Below are positions 22,366-33,331 of a stretch of DNA of 45,755 nt, one piece after another. Position numbers and translations under genes: made by a program. Under the pieces are notes generated by a model. It was not told the origin of the DNA and did not search any database. It saw nothing but the letters and a program-made list of their open reading frames with translations. The first letter of the stretch is position 1; each line of letters opens with the position of its first letter. Source of the DNA: Bacillota bacterium (GTDB lineage: Bacteria; Bacillota; Clostridia; Peptostreptococcales; Anaerovoracaceae); assembly GCA_022767945.1 (NCBI GenBank), contig JALENF010000078.1, positions 1 to 45,755 of the forward strand, written 5' to 3'.

Positions 22366-22839
22366 ATGGAACGTGTAAATCGAATCTGGAGACATCCTAT
22401 TTTTCAGGAGCATTATCAAAACCTCCTGATCGAGGAATCGAATCGTATTTTCTGCCGTCACAGCCTGGAGCATCTTCTGGATGTTGCAAGACTGATGTAC
22501 ATCAGAAACCTTGAGGAGGGTGCAGAACTGCCAAAGCATCTGATTTACGGAGCTGCACTGATTCACGATATAGGCAGGTTTATTCAGAATGATAAAGGAA
22601 TACCACACAATGAGGCCGGGGCTGATATTGCTGAAGTTATCCTGCCCGAATGCGGTTATTCCGAGGCGGAGTCGGTTTTGATAGCTGAAGCTGTACGTGA
22701 GCACCGAAGGGGAAGCGACAGCACGCTGGGAAAATACCTTTATGATGCAGACAAGCAGTCCAGGTGCTGCTTTTCATGTGATGCACGGAAAGAATGCAAC
22801 TGGCCGGATGAAAAGAAGAACCTTAAGATTACAGAATAG
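22366..22839 (+). CDS. HD-domain phosphohydrolase within the folate operon
   Basis: H...HD...D motif set (RH, IHDIGR, PH, EH, DADK) and C-terminal CFSC...C. Confidence 0.8.
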   Translation: MERVNRIWRHPIFQEHYQNLLIEESNRIFCRHSLEHLLDVARLMYIRNLEEGAELPKHLIYGAALIHDIGRFIQNDKGIPHNEAGADIAEVILPECGYSEAESVLIAEAVREHRRGSDSTLGKYLYDADKQSRCCFSCDARKECNWPDEKKNLKITE

Positions 22840-22857
22840 AAAGAAAAAGGTGAAAAA

Positions 22858-23664
22858 ATGATTATTGGAAACAGAGATTTTGACACAGCAAACAACTGTT
22901 ATATTATGGGAATACTGAACGTTACACCGGATTCGTTTTCGGATGGTGGAAAGTTCAGCTCTTTAGATGCTGCACTTTTCCATGCAGAGGAAATGATTAA
23001 GGAAGGGGCTGATATTATTGATATTGGCGGTGAATCCACCAGACCGGGTCATCAGGTTATAACTTCAGATGAGGAAATTGCAAGAGTTGTACCGGTAATT
23101 GAGGCGGTGAAGAGCCGTTTTGACATTCCGGTTTCGATTGATACTTATAAGGGTGATGTTACTGAAGCCGCGCTTCAGGCAGGTGCTGATCTTGTTAATG
23201 ATATCTGGGGCTTCAAGCATGATTTTCGTGTTGCCGAGCTAACTGCAGAATACGGAGCAGCCTGCTGTCTGATGCACAATAGAGACGAGGCTGTTTATGA
23301 AGATTTTCAGAAAGATTTTCTGACTGATATGGAGGAATGTGTTGCCCTTGCAAGGAAAGCAGGTGTTCCTGATGACAAGATTATTCTTGATCCGGGTGTA
23401 GGTTTCGGTAAGACTTATGAACTGAATCTGGAAATAATCAACCATCTGGAAATTTTAAATACACTGGGTTTCCCTGTGCTTCTTGGAACATCAAGAAAAT
23501 CTGTAATCGGTAACACACTTGATTTACCTACCGATCAGAGAGTTGAGGGAACTCTTGTGACTACTGTGATGGGTGTTATGAAGGGATGCTCCTTTGTTCG
23601 TGTACACGATGTCAAGGAGAATCTCCGCGCTGTTAAAATGACTAAGGCTATTCTGAGCAGATAA
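22858..23664 (+). CDS. folP: Dihydropteroate synthase
   Basis: MGILNVTPDSFSDGG, GGESTRPG, DPGVGFGK, SRKS, RVHDV. Confidence 0.96.
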   Translation: MIIGNRDFDTANNCYIMGILNVTPDSFSDGGKFSSLDAALFHAEEMIKEGADIIDIGGESTRPGHQVITSDEEIARVVPVIEAVKSRFDIPVSIDTYKGDVTEAALQAGADLVNDIWGFKHDFRVAELTAEYGAACCLMHNRDEAVYEDFQKDFLTDMEECVALARKAGVPDDKIILDPGVGFGKTYELNLEIINHLEILNTLGFPVLLGTSRKSVIGNTLDLPTDQRVEGTLVTTVMGVMKGCSFVRVHDVKENLRAVKMTKAILSR

Positions 23665-23676
23665 AGTGAGCTTACT

Positions 23677-24489
23677 ATGGATAAAATTACAATTAAGAAT
23701 CTGGAAGTCTTCGCTAATCACGGAGTATTTCCTGAAGAAAATGTACTTGGACAGAAGTTTGTGATAACTGCTGTAATGCATACTGATACCCGTAACGCCG
23801 GCAGGACAGATAATCTGGAACAGTCTATTCATTACGGAGAGGTCAGTCACTTTATTAAAAAGCATGTGGAAAGTCATACCTTTATGCTGATCGAGCGTGT
23901 GGCAGAAACTCTTGCAGAGGCACTTTTACTCGAATATCCGTTAATGGAAAAAATAGAGCTGGAGATTGCCAAACCATGGGCTCCTGTAGGACTGCCTCTT
24001 GAGACTGTTTCTGTAAGTATATGCCGTGGATGGCATACGGCATATATTGCACTTGGTTCAAATATGGGGGACACTAAAGGATATCTGGATATGGCTGTTG
24101 ACAGGCTGAATGAACTTGATACATGCAGGGTTATTAAGGTTGCTGATTACATTGAAACTGAACCTTATGGAGGTGTGGAGCAGGATAATTTTCTTAACAG
24201 CGCTTTAGAACTGAGAACACTGCTTACTCCCGAGGAGCTTCTTGAGCAGCTTCATGTAATTGAACGGGAGGCGCACAGAGAACGGATTGTTCACTGGGGA
24301 CCGAGAACACTGGATCTGGATATTCTTCTTTACGATGATATTATTTTTGATTCAGATGTGCTCCATATTCCTCATGTTGAGATGCACAAGAGAAGTTTTG
24401 TTCTTGATCCCATGGTGCAGCTTGCACCATATAAGAGACATCCTGTTCTGGGTGAAACTATGTTGGAACTGAGGGAAAAGCTGGATTAG
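23677..24489 (+). CDS. folK: Bifunctional dihydroneopterin aldolase / HPPK (FolB-FolK fusion)
   Basis: N-terminal FolB (HGVFPEE, LIERVAE, KPWAP) and C-terminal FolK (ALGSNMG, WGPRTLDLDILL, PH). Confidence 0.92.
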   Translation: MDKITIKNLEVFANHGVFPEENVLGQKFVITAVMHTDTRNAGRTDNLEQSIHYGEVSHFIKKHVESHTFMLIERVAETLAEALLLEYPLMEKIELEIAKPWAPVGLPLETVSVSICRGWHTAYIALGSNMGDTKGYLDMAVDRLNELDTCRVIKVADYIETEPYGGVEQDNFLNSALELRTLLTPEELLEQLHVIEREAHRERIVHWGPRTLDLDILLYDDIIFDSDVLHIPHVEMHKRSFVLDPMVQLAPYKRHPVLGETMLELREKLD

Positions 24490-24561
24490 TGAACTCTACG
24501 TTCCGTAGGTACACACATGTCTGACGTCATGTTAATATCTTTACGAAGGGAGATGAGAAAT

Positions 24562-24957
24562 ATGAATCAGTATGTAACAGGTGCTATTATTAAAAAACTT
24601 CGTGAAGAAAAGAAGATGACTCAGCTAGAACTTGCCGGCAAACTGTGTGTAAGTGAAAAGACAGTTTCCAAATGGGAGAACGGAAAAGGGTATCCGGATA
24701 TTGCCATTCTGGAGGATATTGCATCTTCACTTGGAATCTCAGTTATTGAGCTCTTGGCCGGAAATGATATCAGAAACTGCAATCGTTCTTTTAATATGGC
24801 TCGGTTGAAATTTTACATTTGCCCTATATGTGGCAATGTAATCTGGTCTACAGGTGACGCCGAATGCAGGTTTAAAAAAAGCAGGACAAAGGACATCTAT
24901 TATTACTGCAATAAGCATGGACTGTACAGGACGACAATTAAGAAGAATAAATCATGA
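24562..24957 (+). CDS. XRE-family HTH regulator with a shortened desulfoferrodoxin-like C-terminus (possibly internally deleted)
   Basis: TQLELAGKLCVSEKTVSKWENGKGYPD HTH, then FYICPICGN and YCNKHGLY. ATG 24562 follows AAGGGAG. Confidence 0.75.
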   Translation: MNQYVTGAIIKKLREEKKMTQLELAGKLCVSEKTVSKWENGKGYPDIAILEDIASSLGISVIELLAGNDIRNCNRSFNMARLKFYICPICGNVIWSTGDAECRFKKSRTKDIYYYCNKHGLYRTTIKKNKS

Positions 24958-24985
24958 ATCTTAGGATGATTCAGCATGATTCAGG

Positions 24986-25034
24986 GCACTTCAGAGCAGC
25001 TGACTTTTCAAAGCTGCTCTGAAGTGCATTTTTT
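24986..25034 (+). terminator. Intrinsic terminator ending the fol/XRE unit
   Basis: gcacttcagagcagct-N10-agctgctctgaagtgc followed by ATTTTTT, perfect 16-bp stem. Confidence 0.85.
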
Positions 25035-25120
25035 ATACAAATTTTATGTTTATGTTCACAAATTTCTTGAAGAATAATTGGTATTATTGTGAAATTTTAG
25101 TGTATATAAGGAGAAATTGT

Positions 25121-25445
25121 ATGAAAAAGCGAACTTGGATAGTTGCATCAGTACTCTTATTTTCAATCTGGGTATTCCTCTCAGGAAGATTCGAGGGTAA
25201 GTTTCTGATGTACGGAGCCGTAGCATCAGTCCTTGCAGGATGGCTCTTTGCGAAGATAAACGATGAAATGGGAATAAGTATTCCCGAATTCATCAGATAT
25301 TTTTTCTGGCTGTTAAAGGAAATAATTAAGTCCGCATGGGATATCACAAAGGTTGTATTAAGCCCCAATTTGGAAATCAATCCACATCTCATTGAATTTG
25401 ATTTGGATCATGGTAGTGATGTTGCGGCTATAATGCTGGCAAATT
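25121..25445 (+). pseudogene. mnhE: Truncated Mrp/Mnh Na+/H+ antiporter subunit E
   Basis: WVFLSG, WLLKEIIKSAWDITKVVLSP, INP and LAN are present. It diverges exactly where SITLTPGT should follow. Confidence 0.7.
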
Positions 25446-25751
25446 ATCGGTTCAACCATTGTTTTCTATTTATTCAGAAAGATAAGGGCACCTCATGATA
25501 TGATTTCTCTGGACTTCGACTGGCTGTACAGAAAACCGCTGGCGTGGGCGGTGTTTGGCATATCCGGAGTATTACACCGCCTGTTTACCTTTGCAGATCT
25601 GCAGGTTATGAGGGGCGTTGGAATTGTTAAAGCGGTATGCGGACACAAAAGGGCTCTGCATCATCAGGAAGAATATGCTCCTGTCGGAGTGTTCATGCTG
25701 GGGCTTATAGCGGTATGCGTGATATGCGCTGTGGTGGCAGCAGTGAGATAA
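25443..25751 (+). pseudogene. C-terminal fragment of an MrpD/MnhD-like antiporter subunit
   Basis: Frame reads IIGSTIVFYLFRKIRAPHDMISLDFDWLYRKP. LDxDWxYR resembles the tail of long MrpD-type subunits. No RBS before ATG 25500. Confidence 0.55.
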
Positions 25752-25780
25752 CAATACAGATAATCAGACACAGATAAAGC

Positions 25781-25816
25781 ACAAGAGGACTTCGGCAAAT
25801 GCCAAGGTCCTCTTGT
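25781..25816. terminator. Hairpin terminator between convergent units
   Basis: acaagaggac...gtcctcttgt stem with an inner ggca/tgcc pairing. Confidence 0.65.
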
Positions 25817-25846
25817 ACTGAGTAAAAAATTAATTATATTATCTTG

Positions 25847-26854
25847 TTAATTTCTGATAACAGTATACCCCGCAGTCCTGAACGCTTCCATAGCATCCTC
25901 CGCAGTGAATTTTCTCCATTCTCCGTCGACAGGCTTTCCGTCACGGGGAACAGCACCGGTCTCAATAACCGTTACATTTGCACCGCTGTTAAGTGCAAGC
26001 TCTGACGCAGGATGGACACAGATATCAGGAATCAGATTTCCACATGCAAGTCTTATAACTGCAATTATCTGCGAAATTCTTTCATCTGAAAGAACAGGGT
26101 ATGCATCTCCAAGCGGAGTGCCCGGTACCGGAATTCTGGCCATGGAACCGCTGATTGCAGCACCATGTCCTGCGATGTTGTAAAGATTGTCTGCGATTTC
26201 CTCATTGGTGTGTTCCACACCTACAGGCTCTACCAGAGAAATCAGCTTAAGAGGGGAGTTGTGAACTGCCGCCATAGTTGCATTTCTGATATCCGGATTA
26301 AATCCTGTATCGATTCCTTCGCGAAGTCTTACCGCATGGTAGATTCCGTCTACACCGGCCTGACTCATTTTCAAAGCCTCTTCATCACCGAATTCACCGA
26401 TGTTCAGAATAAGCTCATAATCTCCGCTGATGTGAGTTTTGATATACTTAACCTTGCTGCAAAGATCATCGATGCTGTAAAACTCCGTAGTTCTCATTAC
26501 AATGTAGTGAACCCCCGAATCGATGTAGGTCTGCATCTGGGAGAGAATCTCATCCATGGAGTAGACTCTGCTTTCCGTTATTATATTCCACTCCTCACCA
26601 AAGGAGCAGAACCTGCAGTTCATGGAACATGGAACAAAATCGATTCCCATGGCGCCCCACAGATAAGCTTTTCCACCGGTAACCTTTAAAGCAGCTTCCT
26701 TAGCCTTTTCTCTAAGGTATGCCGCTTCGACGGATTCAGGGTTCAGACTCAGAAGAGTGATGATATCTTCTCTTGGCATCAGTTTGCCGCTGTCAGGATT
26801 ACTGGCTGACTCATCTATTATTTCTTTTACGTTTCTGCTTATTTTTTCTGTCAT
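25847..26854 (-). CDS. Radical SAM protein, BioB/HydE/PylB-like, function unknown
   Basis: CSMNCRFC (CxxxCxxC). BioB-like size and C-terminal IPVPGTPL, RL and GAN motifs. Confidence 0.8.
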   Translation of the reverse strand: MTEKISRNVKEIIDESASNPDSGKLMPREDIITLLSLNPESVEAAYLREKAKEAALKVTGGKAYLWGAMGIDFVPCSMNCRFCSFGEEWNIITESRVYSMDEILSQMQTYIDSGVHYIVMRTTEFYSIDDLCSKVKYIKTHISGDYELILNIGEFGDEEALKMSQAGVDGIYHAVRLREGIDTGFNPDIRNATMAAVHNSPLKLISLVEPVGVEHTNEEIADNLYNIAGHGAAISGSMARIPVPGTPLGDAYPVLSDERISQIIAVIRLACGNLIPDICVHPASELALNSGANVTVIETGAVPRDGKPVDGEWRKFTAEDAMEAFRTAGYTVIRN

Positions 26855-26887
26855 TTCTTACATCTTCTTTTCGAATATTTTTTACTG

Positions 26888-27331
26888 TTAGAGCAGTTCG
26901 TCCATGATTTCGCAGGCACCTGCAACAAGCTTAGGGCAAAGGGTCATTAAAAGGCCTTCTTCCATAGCCTTGTTCATTTCTTCAGGAATGGAAAGGTCAT
27001 AGCCCAGAAGTTCCTTACATTTAAGAGTGCCGAACTTTTCGATAAAAGCTGCTTCGAACTCTCCTTTTTTTGCGAGAAGCGCATTCTTGCTTTCTGTATC
27101 TCCCGGTTCACAGTTGCCGTATTTCAGCCCCAGGCTCATCAAAGCTCCCACAACTGCACCGCAGGTTTCGCCATGCCACATGCCGCCCCCGAAGGCAGCC
27201 ATAGCCTTAACTGCTGTAGACTCATCAATTCCAACCTTATCAGCACAGTGTCCTGCAACAGCCATTGAACAGTCAATGCCGCATCCAAATCCTTCTCTTG
27301 CCATGTCTTCTGTCATATTCTTATAATCCAT
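26888..27331 (-). CDS. C_GCAxxG_C_C family putative redox-active protein
   Basis: DCSMAV, FGGGM, TCGAVVG, KCKELLG and CPKLV cysteine pattern. Confidence 0.85.
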   Translation of the reverse strand: MDYKNMTEDMAREGFGCGIDCSMAVAGHCADKVGIDESTAVKAMAAFGGGMWHGETCGAVVGALMSLGLKYGNCEPGDTESKNALLAKKGEFEAAFIEKFGTLKCKELLGYDLSIPEEMNKAMEEGLLMTLCPKLVAGACEIMDELL

Positions 27332-27435
27332 CTTTCTTCTCCTTACAATATATTCTATGCTTACAGAGCATATCTTTTATATGATTAAGTCTAATATGTG
27401 TTTATATCGTATTTCTTGGAAAATCTATGGAATTT

Positions 27436-27481
27436 ATAAAAAAAAAAATAGTCCTGAATCATTTTTACTGTGATTCAGGAC
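27436..27481 (-). terminator. Intrinsic terminator after the NCS2 permease
   Basis: gtcctgaatca-N9-tgattcaggac stem preceded on + by a long A run (U tract on -). Confidence 0.75.
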
Positions 27482-27499
27482 CGATATAGATGTCAGTTG

Positions 27500-28813
27500 T
27501 TAAGCTTCTTTTTCCTTCGGAAGAATCAGGTTTGCAATTACTGCAACGATGAAGACAACAGCTACGCAGTTTTCTGCAAATACCGTGTATATTACAGGAG
27601 GGAAAATGCTGAATATTTCAGGAACCTGAGTGAAACCGATTCCGATACCAAGTGACAGTGCCGCGATTGTTATATTTCTCTGCTGGAAGCCGCAGGCAGC
27701 AAGCATCTTTATTCCGCTGACAACGATGCTTCCGAACATCATAATCGTGCAGCCTCCCAGAACCGCATCGGGCAGGGTAGCGAGCACCGCACCGAAAACA
27801 GGGAAGATACCTGCGAAAATCATGATAACAGCACCTGTAGCAATAACCATACGATTGACAACTCTTGTCATGGCAATAAGACCTACGTTCTGGCTGAAGG
27901 ATGTAATAGGAAGACATCCCAGCAGACCGGATAACACGCTAACATAACCGTCACAAGCGATAGAGCCTTCAGTTTCAGCAACTGTAACCTGACGATTCAG
28001 ACCGGAAACAGCCATTGCTGATGTGTCACCGATTGTTTCTGTTGCGGAAACAAGGAAAATAAGCGTCATGGAAACTATTGCACTGAGGTTGAATTCCGGC
28101 TTAAACGGCAGGATACTTGGAAGACTGACTATTGATGTGTCCTGAATTGTTGAAAAATCAACAACTCCCATGCAAATTGCAGTTATGTACCCAACAATCA
28201 GTCCGAAGAGAACGGACAGCTGTTTCCAGTAGGATTTAGCAAGTATATCAAATATCAGGCAGCTTGCCAGAGTAACCGTACCCAGTATCCAGTTCTGTGC
28301 AGATCCGAAGGTTTCACTTCCGGTTCCGCCTCCAAAGGATGATGCTCCTACAGAAAGAAGAGAAAAGCCAATGGCGGTTACTACACTGGCAGAAACGACA
28401 GGAGTGATAATCCTTGTCCAGTATTTTGCAAAAAGGCCGATGGTACCTTCAATCAGACCTCCTATTATAACTGCACCGATAACCGCATTATAACCATACT
28501 GGCTTCCGATGACACATGCAACGGAAACGAAGGTAAAGCTTATTCCCATTACGATGGGAAGCCCGGAGCCTATTTTCCAGATTGGGAAAAGCTGAATAAG
28601 TGTACCTATGCCGGCAATAATCATAGTGGTCTGTATAAGTGATGCGGTCTGTTCACTTCCTAATCCGCATGCACCCGCTACAATGATAAGAGGTGCGATG
28701 TTGGCAACAAACATTGCCAGAATGTGCTGAAGTCCGAAAGGAACTGCCCTGGCAATGGGGACTCTGCCATTAAGATTATATATATTTGAGATATCGCTGT
28801 TTGAACTGTTCAT
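27500..28813 (-). CDS. NCS2/NAT family nucleobase:cation symporter (xanthine/uracil-type)
   Basis: GLQHILAMF (TM1 QH), ETIGD, NAT signature SFSQNVGLIAMTRV, VLGG. Confidence 0.92.
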   Translation of the reverse strand: MNSSNSDISNIYNLNGRVPIARAVPFGLQHILAMFVANIAPLIIVAGACGLGSEQTASLIQTTMIIAGIGTLIQLFPIWKIGSGLPIVMGISFTFVSVACVIGSQYGYNAVIGAVIIGGLIEGTIGLFAKYWTRIITPVVSASVVTAIGFSLLSVGASSFGGGTGSETFGSAQNWILGTVTLASCLIFDILAKSYWKQLSVLFGLIVGYITAICMGVVDFSTIQDTSIVSLPSILPFKPEFNLSAIVSMTLIFLVSATETIGDTSAMAVSGLNRQVTVAETEGSIACDGYVSVLSGLLGCLPITSFSQNVGLIAMTRVVNRMVIATGAVIMIFAGIFPVFGAVLATLPDAVLGGCTIMMFGSIVVSGIKMLAACGFQQRNITIAALSLGIGIGFTQVPEIFSIFPPVIYTVFAENCVAVVFIVAVIANLILPKEKEA

Positions 28814-28853
28814 AAATTTTTCCTTTCAAGTGTCCAAAAATATTGAGAATTGT

Positions 28854-29498
28854 TTATTTTGTGCCGAATATACGATCTCCTGCATCTCCAAGCCCCGGGC
28901 ATATATATGCAGCATCATTAAGCTCGCGATCCAGGTGACCCACATAAATCTGAATATCCGGATGGGCATTGTGAAGCCTCTCAAGTCCTTCAGGCGCCGC
29001 AATTATACACATGAACTTGATGCTCTTTCCACCATATTTCTTTATCTGGCTTACTGCGTCTACTGCAGAGCCTCCCGTTGCAAGCATGGGATCCGTGACT
29101 ACTATCGTACGCTCCTCAGTTGGTGAAGGAAGCTTGCAGTAGTATTCCACCGGTTCGTGGGTCTCTTCGTCACGATACATTCCGATATGTCCGACCTTTG
29201 CTGTCGGTACAAGATTTAATACGCCATCAACCATACCGAGGCCTGCGCGCAGAATAGGTACGACGGCAAGCTTGCGTCCGGCAATCATAGGTGTACGGCA
29301 TTTTTCTATCGGTGTCTCAACCTCGACGTCCTCGAGGGGAAGGTCGCTCAGAGCAACAAAACCCTCCAGCATCGCAATTTCCTCAACCAGCTTTCTGAAC
29401 TCATAGGTTCCCGTGTTCTTGTCTCTCAGTAGAGAAATCTTGTGCTGAATAAGAGGGTGATCAAAAATTGTAATATTTTGTTCATTAAAAAAATCCAT
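28854..29498 (-). CDS. upp: Uracil phosphoribosyltransferase
   Basis: [43 protein letters not shown] 29498 follows AAGGAG. Confidence 0.96.
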   Translation of the reverse strand: MDFFNEQNITIFDHPLIQHKISLLRDKNTGTYEFRKLVEEIAMLEGFVALSDLPLEDVEVETPIEKCRTPMIAGRKLAVVPILRAGLGMVDGVLNLVPTAKVGHIGMYRDEETHEPVEYYCKLPSPTEERTIVVTDPMLATGGSAVDAVSQIKKYGGKSIKFMCIIAAPEGLERLHNAHPDIQIYVGHLDRELNDAAYICPGLGDAGDRIFGTK

Positions 29499-29580
29499 GA
29501 GAAATCTCCTTTTCGCAGTATATGTACCATTGTAAATGTTTTTACGGAATTTGTCACTTTGTTTATCATTTTTTACACTC

Positions 29581-29609
29581 TTGAATTTAGTATTAGGCTG
29601 AAGTATCAT
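29581..29609 (+). promoter_or_regulatory. SigA-type promoter for the riboswitch-VUT-SDR unit
   Basis: TTGAAT-17 bp-TATCAT. Confidence 0.55.
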
Positions 29610-29655
29610 ATATAATACGGGTAAGTGTAATGACTTTCATCATTATACCCTGAGC

Positions 29656-29706
29656 CAAGCAGTTCGGGTCCGATATCCTGCTTGTAAAATATTAAAACCA
29701 AAGGAG
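29656..29706 (+). ncRNA. Candidate preQ1-I riboswitch (translational)
   Basis: Stem CAAGCAG/CUGCUUG, loop UUCG...AUC, A-rich tail running into the SD (AAAACCAAAGGAG). Directly upstream of a YhhQ/VUT gene. Confidence 0.68.
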
Positions 29707-29714
29707 AAAGAAAA

Positions 29715-30443
29715 ATGAATTTATTGAAAAGAGAGTTAGAGGATTTAAAAATTCTGCTTAGGAATGTTCCCAGCCTGGTAGTTTCGCTGTTTTTTATCAG
29801 CGTGATAGTTATGAACCTGCTGGCGAACAAGGAACTGTTTTCTGCAAAGTATCTTGCACTGGACTGTGGATTTACTGTAAGCTGGATTTCATTCCTGTGC
29901 ATGGATATGATCTGCAAGCATTTTGGCCCAAAGGCAGCAGCGAAGATTTCAATTATGGCGCTGCTGATCAACCTTGGTGTCTGCCTGCTGTTTAAGCTCA
30001 TGAGTATGACGCCGGGAATGTGGGGAGAATTTTATACCTATGAGTCTCTGGAAGTGAATCAGGCACTGAACAGTACTATTGGAGGAAGCTGGTATGTCGT
30101 TTTTGGCAGCAGCCTGGCTATGCTTACATCTTCAATATGTAATTCAATAATCAATCATCTTGTTTCGAAGAGGCTGACTTCAGATGACTTCAGGGCATTT
30201 GCAATCCGTTCCTTTACATCAACAGGAATAGCTCAGTTTATTGATAATCTTGTATTTGCAACTGTTGTATCTCATGTGTTCTTTGGATGGACATGGGTAC
30301 AGGTTATAACATGCTCTATCACAGGAGCAGCTATGGAACTTCTTGGAGAGGTAATTCTAAGTCCTGTTGGGTACAGAGCCAGCCACAACTGGAAAAAGGA
30401 CGGTGTAGGCAGAGAATACCTTAAATATATAGGAGAAAAATAG
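29715..30443 (+). CDS. VUT (Vut_1/YhhQ, COG1738) family queuosine-precursor transporter
   Basis: NLLANK, DMICKHFG, RSFTSTGIAQFIDNLVF motifs, about 6-7 hydrophobic segments. Confidence 0.8.
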   Translation: MNLLKRELEDLKILLRNVPSLVVSLFFISVIVMNLLANKELFSAKYLALDCGFTVSWISFLCMDMICKHFGPKAAAKISIMALLINLGVCLLFKLMSMTPGMWGEFYTYESLEVNQALNSTIGGSWYVVFGSSLAMLTSSICNSIINHLVSKRLTSDDFRAFAIRSFTSTGIAQFIDNLVFATVVSHVFFGWTWVQVITCSITGAAMELLGEVILSPVGYRASHNWKKDGVGREYLKYIGEK

Positions 30444-30444
30444 A

Positions 30445-32638
<2,194 letters not shown>

Positions 32639-32639
<1 letters not shown>

Positions 32640-33331
32640 TGGACAATATCAGAGAGCGGCTATTTCAGCTGCAGGATATGAAATATAAGGAGTTTCAGTC
32701 GCGGCTGATTCCTACGGTTGATCCTGACACTGTAATAGGTGTCAGAATACCGGCTATGAGGAAGCTGACCAAAGAATTGTCGGGCAGTGAGGGAATAGAG
32801 GAATTTATAAGTGAACTTCCGCATAAGTATTACGAAGAAAATATTCTGCATGGGCTGATAATTGAAAAGTGCAGAGACTTCGGCAGACTGGTTCAGCTCC
32901 TTGATGAGTTCCTTCCGTATGTTGACAACTGGTCAGTATGTGATATCCTGAGTCCCAAGCTTTTCAAAAAGTATCCGGAAGAGGCAATTAATGAGATAAG
33001 AAGATGGATTGATGACGATGCACCTTATACTAAACGTTTTGGCATAGAAATGCTTATGAGCTTCTATCTTGATGACAATTTCAAGGAAGAATATCTTGAG
33101 CTTGTAAGCACAATCCGCTCTGATGAGTATTACGTTAACATGATGATCGCCTGGTTTTTTGCCACAGCACTGGCAAAGCAGTGGGATGCTGCTGTAAAAT
33201 ATCTGGAAGAGGGCAGGCTGGGCAGATGGACACACAATAAGACAATACAGAAGGCTATTGAAAGCTACAGGATAACTGATGAACAGAAGAGTTATCTGAG
33301 AACGTTGAAGAAAAGAGGGTTTCAGAAATGA
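32639..33331 (+). CDS. DNA alkylation repair protein (AlkD-like HEAT repeat)
   Basis: IGVRIP, VDNWSVCD, YYVNMMIAW, NKTIQKAIES. Confidence 0.82.

Noticed and set aside
22030-22704. 224-aa antisense ORF, and similar ones at 15227-15766, 26165-26689, 4575-5075, 34860-35351, 43789-44289
   Set aside because: All are shadows of well-supported genes on the opposite strand and have no recognisable motifs.
24950-24985. Short repeats ATGATTCAG x2 as CRISPR, REP or att remnant
   Set aside because: Only two 9-bp copies, with no spacers, cas genes or integrase.
25847-26854. Calling the radical SAM bioB or hydE
   Set aside because: It lacks the YNHNL-type motif and pathway neighbours, so the function cannot be assigned.
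25847-29498. Single operon upp-NCS2-C_GCAxxG_C_C-radical SAM
   Set aside because: A strong terminator at 27436-27481 separates the two pairs.
29606-30001. 131-aa minus-strand ORF upstream of upp, and the 37-aa N-terminal extension of upp
   Set aside because: It overlaps the VUT gene and riboswitch antisense. upp has a good RBS at ATG 29498.
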